Below, piece after piece: positions 39,888-49,464 of a stretch of DNA of 64,000 bases. Every line of letters begins with the position of its first letter. Position 1 is the stretch's first letter. The notes below the pieces were generated by a model, which saw only the letters and a program-made list of their open reading frames with translations, searched no databases and was not told the origin of the DNA. The stretch is taken from contig CAWFQK010000001.1 of assembly GCA_963817955.1 (NCBI GenBank), positions 192,001 to 256,000 on the forward strand, in the 5' to 3' direction. The stretch comes from an uncultured Gemmatimonadaceae bacterium. GTDB taxonomy: Bacteria > Gemmatimonadota > Gemmatimonadetes > Gemmatimonadales > Gemmatimonadaceae. A program made the position numbers and the translations under genes.

Positions 39888-41170
39888 GTGCGGCTCCCTT
39901 TCTGCGAGAGGAGCTCGTCGAGCAGCAGGTTTGCCTGGCGCCCGAGTTGCGCACGCAGTCTGGCAGCACTGTACTCTTCGGCATTCGCAGGCAACGATCG
40001 GTAGGCCTTCGCGGCTTGCAGCGTGTCGGGAATCGAAGCAATGGATCGCAGCAACTCTCGATGCTCCTCATGGTCATGGCCACCATCCAGCGACTCCAGA
40101 AGCCGAGCAATGGACGCTGCGGCGTCATTCCCCGCTGCCAGCGCGCCGAGGTCACGCTCGGGACGCGTGAACGGATCTACGCGCTCCACGTAGACGCTCA
40201 AGTCGTTGATGTCGAGGTCGAGATCGATCGCCCTTGCCCCATCGCGCGCCAGCTCACGGTGCAGCGCACTCCGGCCAGTGAGTCGAATGCGCAACGACAG
40301 GTGACGCAGCACGCCGGCATCGCCCGCGAACCGGTCAGCCGCGGCGCGTACCGCCTGCACCATGACGACGTGAACATCCTCCAACCGCGTCGCTCCAGTC
40401 ACGTCGACATCTATGGATTCGTAACGTACGCTCGCGACCGGAACCTGTTGTGGTGAGACAGGCTGTCCGTGGGAGAGATCGACCACCCAGGCACCGTGAA
40501 CCCCCGTTTCGCCAGGATCGAGAGGTTGCGGTGAGCCTGGGTAGAGCACTGGCGGTTTCCCCGCCGCGCTCCGCAACGCAGGCGCGTGTACGTGGCCGAG
40601 GAGCCACATGGCGACCGGCTTCGCGTGCAAGTCGGCCAACGCCACGGGCCCATAGGCGCTGGCCATCTGGTCGAGATCTGCGTGGAGCAGACCAAGCACC
40701 GGAGCGTCATCAGCAGCGGGCAGTGTGTACGCGGCGAGCGGACTTTCCCGAACATGTTGAGTGGGAAACGACCATCCATCCACGTGCAGCAGCGCACCGT
40801 CCTTTGCGGCGATCGTCGTGCGTTCCCATCTCCCGCCAACGCCGAGCAGCCGCAGGTATCCGTGCGGGAGCGACCGGGCGAGTTCGGGCAATACGGCGAA
40901 GTCGTGGTTACCGGTGACTGCGACGGTCGCAATTCCGGCAGCGCCGAGGCGTCGCAGCCCGCGCTCCAACGGACCGAGCGACTCGTAGTAACGGTTTGCC
41001 TGATCCACGACATCACCGCTCAGTGCGACGACGTCCACCTCCTGGGCCACCGCGTAGTCCACGATCGCCGCCCATGCAGCGCCCGCGGCAATTGCCCGAG
41101 CGTCGACATGGGTGGGCAGTCGAGAGGAACAGCGACCCAGATGAAGATCACCGGCACAGAGGACACGCAC
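39884..41170 (-). CDS. YhaO/Mre11-SbcD-like metallophosphoesterase (DNA repair exonuclease)
   Basis: GDLHLG, SGDVVD, GNHD, LLH, LGHVH, YPGSPQ motifs. Confidence 0.92.
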   Translation of the reverse strand: MRVLCAGDLHLGRCSSRLPTHVDARAIAAGAAWAAIVDYAVAQEVDVVALSGDVVDQANRYYESLGPLERGLRRLGAAGIATVAVTGNHDFAVLPELARSLPHGYLRLLGVGGRWERTTIAAKDGALLHVDGWSFPTQHVRESPLAAYTLPAADDAPVLGLLHADLDQMASAYGPVALADLHAKPVAMWLLGHVHAPALRSAAGKPPVLYPGSPQPLDPGETGVHGAWVVDLSHGQPVSPQQVPVASVRYESIDVDVTGATRLEDVHVVMVQAVRAAADRFAGDAGVLRHLSLRIRLTGRSALHRELARDGARAIDLDLDINDLSVYVERVDPFTRPERDLGALAAGNDAAASIARLLESLDGGHDHEEHRELLRSIASIPDTLQAAKAYRSLPANAEEYSAARLRAQLGRQANLLLDELLSQKGSRT

Positions 41171-41259
41171 GATGGGTGGCTTCAGGAGGGGGCTAAGGAC
41201 GAACGAACCGGACGACGGTGGAGTGTGACGACTCGGGGAATATTACCGAAAGTCGCACC

Positions 41260-41287
41260 GGAATATAGTGATGGAACGATATATTCC
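41260..41287. promoter_or_regulatory. Candidate operator: 8-12-8 perfect inverted repeat
   Basis: GGAATATA-N12-TATATTCC about 90 bp upstream of the repair cluster start. Confidence 0.4.
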
Positions 41288-41500
41288 TGACACTGCCGTT
41301 GCCACTCGGCCAGTGCAGCAAACTCTGAAATCCCGTAACAGTGAGGACCGCCCAGCCCCCTCCGTTACGACTTTTGAAGTACTTGAAGAACACCGGTCAA
41401 CGACCTGGAGTCCAATCCACGGTGCGACTGATGCTTGTGGCCCTTCAGGCGTCGTTGTACTACACCAATTAGGACTGTTGTATCTCAGACCCGCCACCGC

Positions 41501-42454
41501 TCAGGGAGCAGGCCGCGAGCTCCCGCCATCCAGGACATACCGCCACTCGCCGTTCGACTGCTTCTCCCACACCGTTAAGTATTTCGAGAACGACGCGCGT
41601 GCCGGCGCCGATGGTCCCGTTGGCACGGTAATTGTCGCCTCGCCGACGGTGAACGCGAGGTCGCCAGAAGACGCGGCGTCGGCGCCCACGGGCGCCCAAG
41701 TCAGGCGCGTGCCCGCAGGCAGGTTCTCGAAGTTCGCGTGAATTGCTCGCGGTCCCCGGGTCATGCTGGAGTCGGCGGAGAGTATCATCGCGTCGTTTGC
41801 TGCAAAGATGCCGAATGCGTCGGCGATCGACGACGTGCCAGCGAGCCGCGAGAATGCCGAGTCGGCCTGCATCGCCTGCGCGCGCGCTGATCGTGCGTCG
41901 TCCGCGGCGCCACGGGCCACTCGCACTGGCACCTTCATCGCCAGCACCGAGTCTGCGTTGGCCTGTCCTGGACTCTTCGCGAGCACGAGCGCCACAATAT
42001 GCCACGCACCGTCGAGGTGCTTCCACATCGTGATGTACTTCCCGTACTCCCGTGTGCCGGCAGCATCGGCGAGGCTCTCGGTGTAGCCAGCGGTGTAGCC
42101 GAGGCTCAGGTCGGCCGAGAGACCCGCCTTGACGGGTCGCACGGTCAGACCGTGTGCGAGAAAGGTCGTGTCGCGAGCCAGAAACGTGGCGACGTCGCGC
42201 GTTCCGCGGATGATCGGCTGGCCGGCGGTGAGATAGAAGACCTCCGGCGCCGCGATATCCGAGAAGGCGCGGGCAAACCCGGCGAGGCGCGCACGCGCCG
42301 ACCAGGCGCTATCGGCCGCCAACAAGCTGATGCGTTCGGCCGCAACGGCGCTGGCCGCCGGTGACTGTGCGGATGCAGGCGTCCCCCCAAGAGCAATCGT
42401 GCCGAGGAGAGCCGCGATGAGGTTCGTGCACGATCTTGTCGATTGATGAGTCAT
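41501..42454 (-). CDS. Secreted protein with two NTF2-like/DUF4440 domains
   Basis: Signal peptide; two repeats with AD.A.S, S.DL..T.G and KY.T.W motifs. Confidence 0.85.
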   Translation of the reverse strand: MTHQSTRSCTNLIAALLGTIALGGTPASAQSPAASAVAAERISLLAADSAWSARARLAGFARAFSDIAAPEVFYLTAGQPIIRGTRDVATFLARDTTFLAHGLTVRPVKAGLSADLSLGYTAGYTESLADAAGTREYGKYITMWKHLDGAWHIVALVLAKSPGQANADSVLAMKVPVRVARGAADDARSARAQAMQADSAFSRLAGTSSIADAFGIFAANDAMILSADSSMTRGPRAIHANFENLPAGTRLTWAPVGADAASSGDLAFTVGEATITVPTGPSAPARASFSKYLTVWEKQSNGEWRYVLDGGSSRPAP

Positions 42455-42680
42455 ATGAACCCGAACGTTTGAAATGAGTTTCGATATCGGGCACATAGCG
42501 CGGAACTCAGTTTCGGCGCCACGCTTCCGGGATGGGGCGCAACGTGGCAGGGAGGAGTAGCACGCGGCCCGGGCGGCTCGTCCCGCCGGAGAGCGCACCA
42601 TCCCAAATCATCTGGCGGCCCAGCGGCATTTGAGCATCTTCAATCGCACGCCACTTCCCCATCAATATCGAGATCACGAC

Positions 42681-43913
42681 ATGCTGGCATTGGAAGTCTC
42701 CCCATGGACATTGCCGGAGACAGCGACGCCTCGCCGCCTGGAATTCCAGGGTGATCGCGCGGCCACGCCCAGCATCGATTGGTCGCGTCCTGGTCCCTGG
42801 ACCGTTACCTTCGCCGCTTGGACCGCCGTCGGACTGCTCAACATCGCGCAGGTGTTCGCGATGGCGCAGATGCCACTGGCATCCGGCGCGATGCGGCGCA
42901 TGATTCTGTCGCCGATGCTCGGCGTCTGGGTGTGGTCCCTCTATACGCCTCTGATCCTCGAGGCAGCCGTACGCCTGCGGCTCACTCGCCGCGATCTACC
43001 GCGCTCCATCGCGCTGCACGTGCTTGGCATTCTCGCGACTTGCGCGCTGGACGTGCTGTTCGACCGTTCCATCGGCGACGCCCTCACCGGTCGGTTGACC
43101 AGGACTCCGCTTCGAGCGTTCGAGGCCAAGCTGTTCATTGACAGCTTCAGCTATGCAGCGCTGGTTGCGGTCGGCCAGGCGCTCACGTATGCACGTCTGT
43201 ACCGCGAGCGCCTCGCGCACGAGGACGCCCTCAAACAGCAACTGCTCACGGCGGAGAATTCGCTGCTCCGCATGCAGCTCAACCCCCACTTCCTATTCAA
43301 CACCCTCAACGCGATCGCCGAGCTGATTCACCATGATGCCGACGGCGCGGACGAGATGGTGACGAAACTGGGGCAATTGCTGCGCTTCTCATTCGATGCG
43401 CTTCGTGAGCCGACCGTGCGCTTGGGGGAAGAGCTGGACTTCGTGGAGCAGTACCTCGGCATCATGCGGGTGCGCCTGCGCGGACGACTGTCCATTTCGG
43501 TGGTCGCGTCGCCGGATGCACGCGATGCGCAGATCCCGCCGCTGCTACTCCAGCCCCTCGTCGAGAACGCGCTTCGGCACGGCATCGAACGACGCGCCGG
43601 CGCGGGGCACCTGGAGATCGAAGCGCGCTGCACGCCCGGAGTGGACGACACGCTCGTCATCGAAGTGCGTGACGACGGCCCGGGTCTCATGGGCGATCCA
43701 TTCGCCGGCAACGGCATTGGTCTGCGGAACACACGCGGGAGGCTACAGCAGTTGTACGCCGAACGCGGGTCCTTGATGGTCCGCCCGAGAATGCCGCACG
43801 GCGTCATTGTCGCCATCCAGATGCCGTATATCGTGGAACAGCCCCCAGCGTACACGACCGAATGGGTTTCTCCGTCGGCACGGCGCTTCGAGCTGCAGAG
43901 CAGCTTGGCCTGA
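42681..43913 (+). CDS. LytS/YehU-type membrane histidine kinase
   Basis: TM helices, QLNPHFLFNTLN, LQPLVENA, GIGL.N. Confidence 0.92.
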   Translation: MLALEVSPWTLPETATPRRLEFQGDRAATPSIDWSRPGPWTVTFAAWTAVGLLNIAQVFAMAQMPLASGAMRRMILSPMLGVWVWSLYTPLILEAAVRLRLTRRDLPRSIALHVLGILATCALDVLFDRSIGDALTGRLTRTPLRAFEAKLFIDSFSYAALVAVGQALTYARLYRERLAHEDALKQQLLTAENSLLRMQLNPHFLFNTLNAIAELIHHDADGADEMVTKLGQLLRFSFDALREPTVRLGEELDFVEQYLGIMRVRLRGRLSISVVASPDARDAQIPPLLLQPLVENALRHGIERRAGAGHLEIEARCTPGVDDTLVIEVRDDGPGLMGDPFAGNGIGLRNTRGRLQQLYAERGSLMVRPRMPHGVIVAIQMPYIVEQPPAYTTEWVSPSARRFELQSSLA

Positions 43914-43929
43914 GAACGAAGGCGAGACC

Positions 43930-44802
43930 ATGACTGGAGTGACAGTGCCCCTGCCGCGGTTGCTCGAACCGCTCGGCGTAGTGATCGTAGATGACGAAGA
44001 GCTCGCGCGCGTGCGCCTCAATCGGCTGCTGTCCAAGGAGTCCGGCATCGAGGTGCTCGCCGACGCGGATTCCGGACGCGCCGCCGTCGAGGCAATCCGC
44101 CGCGAGCGGCCCGACGTCGTTTTCCTCGACGTACAAATGCCGGATACCGACGGCTTCGGTGTCATCGCCGAGCTGGGCGACGAGTTCACAGGCCAGGTGG
44201 TGTTCGTGACGGCGTTCGATGTACACGCGGTGCGCGCGTTCGCAGTCAGCGCCGTGGATTACCTCCTCAAACCGGTTGCCGCCGACCGCCTGCATGCCGC
44301 CATCGAGCGGGCGCGATCGGTGATCGCACAGCAAACGGTCGCCAAGCGCTACGCCGAGGTGCTCGCGGTGGTACAGAAGCCGGTCGGAGCGGCAACGACG
44401 CCGGCGCCATCCACCGCCGGCACGTCGGATGGCGGAACACTCGATTTGCCTGACGCGCAGACCGGGGGACCCACGGAGCGCTTCCTCGTCAAGTCGGCGA
44501 ACCGCGCGGTGCTCGTCAAGGCCGTAGACGTTGATTGGTTCGAGGCCGAGGCGAATTATGTGCGACTGCACGTCGGCACGCAGCGGCATCTCATCCGTGC
44601 CACGCTGTCCAGCCTCGATGCTTCACTCGATGCAACCCGCTTCGTTCGCATTCATCGTACGACAATCGTCAATCTGGATCGTGTGAAGGAGATCCAGCCC
44701 TGGTTCTCTGGCGATCACGTCGTCGTGCTCACCGACGGAACGAAGCTCCGAATGAGCCGATCCTACGCTGGTCGCTTGATGAGTCGGGTGCGGGCGGGTT
44801 GA
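43930..44802 (+). CDS. LytTR family response regulator
   Basis: Receiver (FLDVQMP, DYLLKP) and LytTR (FVRIHR..IVN). Confidence 0.93.
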   Translation: MTGVTVPLPRLLEPLGVVIVDDEELARVRLNRLLSKESGIEVLADADSGRAAVEAIRRERPDVVFLDVQMPDTDGFGVIAELGDEFTGQVVFVTAFDVHAVRAFAVSAVDYLLKPVAADRLHAAIERARSVIAQQTVAKRYAEVLAVVQKPVGAATTPAPSTAGTSDGGTLDLPDAQTGGPTERFLVKSANRAVLVKAVDVDWFEAEANYVRLHVGTQRHLIRATLSSLDASLDATRFVRIHRTTIVNLDRVKEIQPWFSGDHVVVLTDGTKLRMSRSYAGRLMSRVRAG

Positions 44803-45583
44803 GCAAGGCGAGGGGCGGCCGCGCGCTCGTGATCGCCTGCGTGCGTCCCACGCTGTCGCGCAGCGCCCCCCTGATCAAGAAAGTGAACTCTTGTCCGACG
44901 AGTTGACGAACCGCTCGCCCGTTGATGCGTGCTGGAGAAAAACGCATCCCGGGAAGCGCCGCGCGCACAGCCGTCGCGAAGGCAGGCGCGGTCGCGCTGA
45001 GGATGATGAGCGTCGCCGTGTCCGCGACGCCGGTCGTGTCCACCACGTACGAGGTTGCCACCCGTCCCTCGATGCCGCGATGCAGCATCTCAATCGGGAA
45101 CTGTGGCGCTGCGCTGGACGCATCGCGAACCGCCACTGAATCCACCTGCACATTAGTGTAGACGCTGTCCCTCGCGGTCTCGCCGCCAACAGGCGAACGG
45201 TTCGGCTCAGCCAGCGGCGCCTGCTCGCCGGCCGATGATGTCCTGCCACCACGCACGTGCGGGCGCGCCGAAGGTACAGCCGTGAATCCGGTTCCACTGG
45301 CGAGAGGCAACTCGACGAACACCAGATGCTCGCGCGGTCCATGCCCCTCTGGCGTGCGCGGTGGCGGCGGAATGTAGTAGACGCGATTCGCGACCGAGCC
45401 CTCGGGCACGTCGACGCGCGCGCGCGTGGATACCACCGCGGTCGCGATGAGGGTCGCGTGGGCGGCCAAGCTGAGGAGCCAGGTGCTCCTATTGGTCGGG
45501 CGCGAGCGCGGCCAGGTGAAGCGAGTGCCTGACGTCAGCCGCGTGGGGTGCAGCGTGTGATGATGGTGTCTCGAGATCCGCAC
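44729..45583 (-). CDS. TonB family energy transducer
   Basis: SxxxH TM motif (SLAAHA), TonB_C-like 'GIEGRV...YVVDTTG...FSPARINGRAV..LV.QEF.F'; GGAG before GTG 45583. Confidence 0.8.
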   Translation of the reverse strand: MRISRHHHHTLHPTRLTSGTRFTWPRSRPTNRSTWLLSLAAHATLIATAVVSTRARVDVPEGSVANRVYYIPPPPRTPEGHGPREHLVFVELPLASGTGFTAVPSARPHVRGGRTSSAGEQAPLAEPNRSPVGGETARDSVYTNVQVDSVAVRDASSAAPQFPIEMLHRGIEGRVATSYVVDTTGVADTATLIILSATAPAFATAVRAALPGMRFSPARINGRAVRQLVGQEFTFLIRGALRDSVGRTQAITSARPPLALLNPPAPDSSSDQRRIGSFGASFRR

Positions 45584-45762
45584 GATGTGCTCCGGTGGGC
45601 TAATGAATACGCTCGCCGAGCGGCGCGGCTCCGAGATTGGGATGAAAGGTTGGATGCTGGGATGAATGCCCATTCCGTCATGAAGCACAGCCGTACTTTG
45701 ACGTACAGCCTTGCAGTGGGGCGGCGACCGACCGCGCCGCGCTTTCCTTGACTCGCACGATC

Positions 45763-46539
45763 ATGACCCTCATTGGCCGCCGCGATTTCGTTCGGCAGGT
45801 CGTTTCGATGGCCGGTCTATCCGCCGTCGCCTCGTGCCTGCCACCGCCGACCGCGACGGCGCCCAGCCGGGACAGCGCCCGCCTCTCCGCTCGCCCGCTC
45901 GTGCCCACGCGCTCGGTGACGCCCGGCAGCCATTCGATAGGAATCTCCTCCGGACGAGACGGACTCCTCTACGTGCCCACGACCTACGACCCCGCTCACC
46001 CAACGGCGCTCGTCGTGGGACTTCACGGTGCCGGCGGCTCGGCATCGGGTCAGATGCAACTCCTCTCATCCTTCGCCGACACTCTGGATTTCGTGTTCCT
46101 CGCCATCGATTCCCGCGATCGAACGTGGGACGCGAGCTTCGGCGGCTTTGGGCCAGACGTCGCGTTCATCGACGACGCCCTCCATGCCACGTTCGAGCAG
46201 TGCGCGATCGCGCCGTCGCGTGCGTACCTCGAGGGATTCTCCGACGGCGCCTCCTACACGCTCGGCCTGGGTATAGAGAATGGTGACTTGTTCTCCCGGC
46301 TCGTGGCGTTTTCGCCTGGCTTCATTCCCCTCCTGCCCAACCCTCCCGTCGGTTCACCGAGTGTCTTTGTATCACACGGCGTTCAGGACACGATTCTGCC
46401 ATACGAGAACACCGCGCGGAGCATCGTGCCGAGACTCGAGGAGGCTGGCTATCCGGTGCAGTTCCAAACGTTCGACGGCCCACACACCGTCCCGTCGGAC
46501 ATTGCGGCCGCCGCCATGCAGTGGCTGATCCGACGCTGA
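45763..46539 (+). CDS. Tat-exported alpha/beta hydrolase (phospholipase/carboxylesterase)
   Basis: RRDF twin-arginine signal; LHGAGG, GFSDG, HG..D, GPH. Confidence 0.88.
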   Translation: MTLIGRRDFVRQVVSMAGLSAVASCLPPPTATAPSRDSARLSARPLVPTRSVTPGSHSIGISSGRDGLLYVPTTYDPAHPTALVVGLHGAGGSASGQMQLLSSFADTLDFVFLAIDSRDRTWDASFGGFGPDVAFIDDALHATFEQCAIAPSRAYLEGFSDGASYTLGLGIENGDLFSRLVAFSPGFIPLLPNPPVGSPSVFVSHGVQDTILPYENTARSIVPRLEEAGYPVQFQTFDGPHTVPSDIAAAAMQWLIRR

Positions 46540-46541
46540 CC

Positions 46542-47603
46542 ATGTCGCGCGCTGCTCGCGTCGCTCGCATGCTCATGGTCGGCCTGCTTGCCCTCACGGC
46601 GCAGTGTGTCGTCCCACACAAGGCGCTGCGCGTGCTCGCCACCAGCCGAGCGGATGTGGTCGAGAGCCGGTGGGAGAGTGGGCATGTGCTCGTGAAGCTC
46701 TGGCTCGGCGACCGGCCCGTGTGGCTCCTGCTCGACACTGGCGCATCCGCGACGCTGCTCCGAACTTCCATCCTCGACGATGTCGGCGCGAAGCCGCTCG
46801 GTCAAGCCGAGCTGGTGAGCCTTGGGCATCGAGCCGCGATTCGCCTCTACACCGGAGGCACGCTGCGTATCGCCGCCCTCGAGGTGGATGTACCGTCGTT
46901 CGGCGCACTCGATGAGCCTGCCCCCGCGCTCGAGGGCCTGCGGGACGTCGACGGAATTGCCGGCTTCGACGTGATCGCTTGGTGCGTCATCGAGCTCGAC
47001 CCGCAGCGCCAGCTCGTGATGGCCGCGGCGCCGGGGCGCAACCTCACGAACGGAACGGATACGCATTTCCACCTGCACCAGAGAGTCCCGATCGTCGATG
47101 CCGAATTGGCCTTCGAGGACGGCACGACCGTTTGCGCTCCCTTCATCTTCGATCTCGGCTCGAATGCCGACGTGCAGTTACTCGGTTCCTTCGCCGCGCA
47201 GCACGGCTTGCGGTCACGGATCACCGAAGTCGGCCAGGCGGTTCACGCGGCCTTCGGTGCCGACGAGCGAGGCGTCGAAGGACGCGCGGCGACGCTCAGG
47301 ATTGGCCGCGGCGTGATGCAGAAGCCGAACGTGTTCATTGTCAGCGACAGCGCCGCCTCGTTCGGAATCGCCGACGTCGTCGGGACCATCGGCTTTGGCG
47401 TACTGAATCATTTCATCATTCGCCTCGACTATGCTGGCGATCGCATCGCCTTGATCCCCATCAACCTGCTCGCGTCGCGCGACACGTCCGGCTTGTGTGA
47501 CAAGCCCTCGATTCGGTGGCCGGGCATGTCTCCACGGTCCGGCGGCCCCCTCGTCATCCCCAGCATGGGCGGTCCGCGAAAAGTGGCCTGCCCGACGCGT
47601 TAG
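46542..47603 (+). CDS. Retropepsin-like aspartyl protease with two lobes
   Basis: LLDTGAS and IFDLGS; GIAG/GTIG motifs; signal peptide. Confidence 0.82.
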   Translation: MSRAARVARMLMVGLLALTAQCVVPHKALRVLATSRADVVESRWESGHVLVKLWLGDRPVWLLLDTGASATLLRTSILDDVGAKPLGQAELVSLGHRAAIRLYTGGTLRIAALEVDVPSFGALDEPAPALEGLRDVDGIAGFDVIAWCVIELDPQRQLVMAAAPGRNLTNGTDTHFHLHQRVPIVDAELAFEDGTTVCAPFIFDLGSNADVQLLGSFAAQHGLRSRITEVGQAVHAAFGADERGVEGRAATLRIGRGVMQKPNVFIVSDSAASFGIADVVGTIGFGVLNHFIIRLDYAGDRIALIPINLLASRDTSGLCDKPSIRWPGMSPRSGGPLVIPSMGGPRKVACPTR

Positions 47604-47636
47604 GTTGTGGTGAGGCCAACGCCAGCCACCGCACGA

Positions 47637-48068
47637 ATGTCAGACGAGCACTTTCGAAAACTCGAGCGGATGTATCTCGCCGCGCCCAATAACGAGTACT
47701 ATCGGCCGGCCATCCACATCGTTGATGCCGCCGCCGAGATTCGCATCGCGATTCGGCGAGACTTCTTCCATGCGGGCCATGCCGTCCACGGCAGTGTCTA
47801 CTTCAAGGCGCTGGACGATGCGACCTTCTTTGCCGCCAATTCGATCGTGCGCGATGTGTTCGTGCTCACCGTGAGCTTCAACCTCTATCTGCTTCGGCCA
47901 GTATCGGAGGGCGAGCTCGTGGCGTTCGGTAAGGTGGTGAGCCGTTCCAAGCGGCTCCTCGTCTGCGAAGGCAGCCTCACCGACGACCGCGGACGCGAGA
48001 TCGCGCGTGGGAGCGGAACGTTCATGCCGAGCACGATTGCACTGAACGAGGAAATCGGCTTCCGCTGA
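47637..48068 (+). CDS. PaaI family thioesterase
   Basis: VHGSVYFKALDD hotdog-fold motif. Confidence 0.88.
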   Translation: MSDEHFRKLERMYLAAPNNEYYRPAIHIVDAAAEIRIAIRRDFFHAGHAVHGSVYFKALDDATFFAANSIVRDVFVLTVSFNLYLLRPVSEGELVAFGKVVSRSKRLLVCEGSLTDDRGREIARGSGTFMPSTIALNEEIGFR

Positions 48069-48184
48069 CGGTATTGTCGCGGCGAAGGACCGAGGAATGC
48101 ACACAACCCCGGTTGCACTACCTATCCCATTCGCGCCGTCAATCCCCACCGCGAAATCCAAGCGCCCTCCATAACGTTTCAACA

Positions 48185-49324
48185 TCAAACCGCAGCTCCC
48201 GAGCGCGGCGGAGCGCGGCGGGCGCGAGCGATGATCTGCTCCGCACCGGTCTCGTCGCGGAGCCGAAACGTCACGAGGGAATCGAGGTATGATGTGAGCG
48301 CCGACCGCAACGTATCCGCCCTCTGCACAGAGTTGGACTCGGCGCGCATCCGGCCATCGCCGATCACCACGCGACCGATAATGGTGTTGTCCCAGTCTTT
48401 CATCGTTGCATTGCCTGGTTTGGTGATGGTCACGACGACCGAGCCGTCGTCGCCCTCTTCCGGTTCAATGGCGCCAGGAAAGGTGGCCAGGCGCGCGACG
48501 ACCGCCCGTTCTGCGTCGGCAAGCACATCGAAGTGATCAGTCGTCAACACCAGAGGATCGCCGTCAGTGTTCGTGAGGGTTGGCGGCATCACCGGCCGAT
48601 TCGCGAGGGCACGCCAGACATCGATCAGTTGAAGCTGCACCTGTGGATCGCGCAGTCGCTCAGGACGCACAGGCCTGGTGCGCACTCGGCAAATTCGGCG
48701 TGCCTCGCGGATCGCGACGTCTGCATCGCGTGGAGCCAGCGATCGTGGATGAATCCCCGCCAGAAACGAAACCCCCTCTACGTCCACCACACGGCCGAGC
48801 AGCGCGTCACGCATGCTCAGAGTTCGCGAGGCGTTGATCTCGTACACAAAGCGCTCTTCGTGGGTGAGCATATCCTTCATGGCCATGCCGACACCCGGCT
48901 CTACACGCTGGACTTCCCAGATGCCGAGCCAGGACTCGAGCTGTGCAGCGAGCAGATAGTGCAGCGTGGGGGGCAGTGGCACGTCGGACCTGTCGAACAC
49001 GACTTGCGCGACTGACCTGTCGCTTTCAGGCAGGGGAAAATGAAACACCGTCCACGGGGCGGCAAGCTGAATCTCCTCTTCCACCGTATCGGGACTTGTA
49101 GGGTCCGCGTATTCGTCGAGTGCAAGACCAAGCCAGGACTTGCCGAATCGGTCGCGAGCGAAGCGCATCAGCCGGTCGAATAGGCGGCTGTCGTCGGCTT
49201 TCACCGACTCAGCGCGTGCCACGTCCGCCCGCCGCGGGGCCGCCGTGGTGGTCACGCGACTGCAGCATTTCTTGAACTTCTTTCCGCTCCCGCACGGGCA
49301 GGGGTCGTTTCGCTCAGTCTTCAT
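48185..49324 (-). CDS. SEC-C motif protein, 3' end apparently frameshifted
   Basis: RNDPCPCGSGKKFKKCC at the N-terminus; 10-bp tandem duplication at 48201-48220 near the stop. Confidence 0.85.
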   Translation of the reverse strand: MKTERNDPCPCGSGKKFKKCCSRVTTTAAPRRADVARAESVKADDSRLFDRLMRFARDRFGKSWLGLALDEYADPTSPDTVEEEIQLAAPWTVFHFPLPESDRSVAQVVFDRSDVPLPPTLHYLLAAQLESWLGIWEVQRVEPGVGMAMKDMLTHEERFVYEINASRTLSMRDALLGRVVDVEGVSFLAGIHPRSLAPRDADVAIREARRICRVRTRPVRPERLRDPQVQLQLIDVWRALANRPVMPPTLTNTDGDPLVLTTDHFDVLADAERAVVARLATFPGAIEPEEGDDGSVVVTITKPGNATMKDWDNTIIGRVVIGDGRMRAESNSVQRADTLRSALTSYLDSLVTFRLRDETGAEQIIARARRAPPRSGAAV

Positions 49325-49464
49325 CAAGAGGTCACCTATTTCCTTCCGGAAATGACCGCCGGCAAACGGCCCCTACCGCCTCAACCACCGAATCTCCCCA
49401 CCGAACTATCGCGAAGTTAACGGACCCATTGGACGCCTACCCTCTCACCGGATATCGTTGTGCC

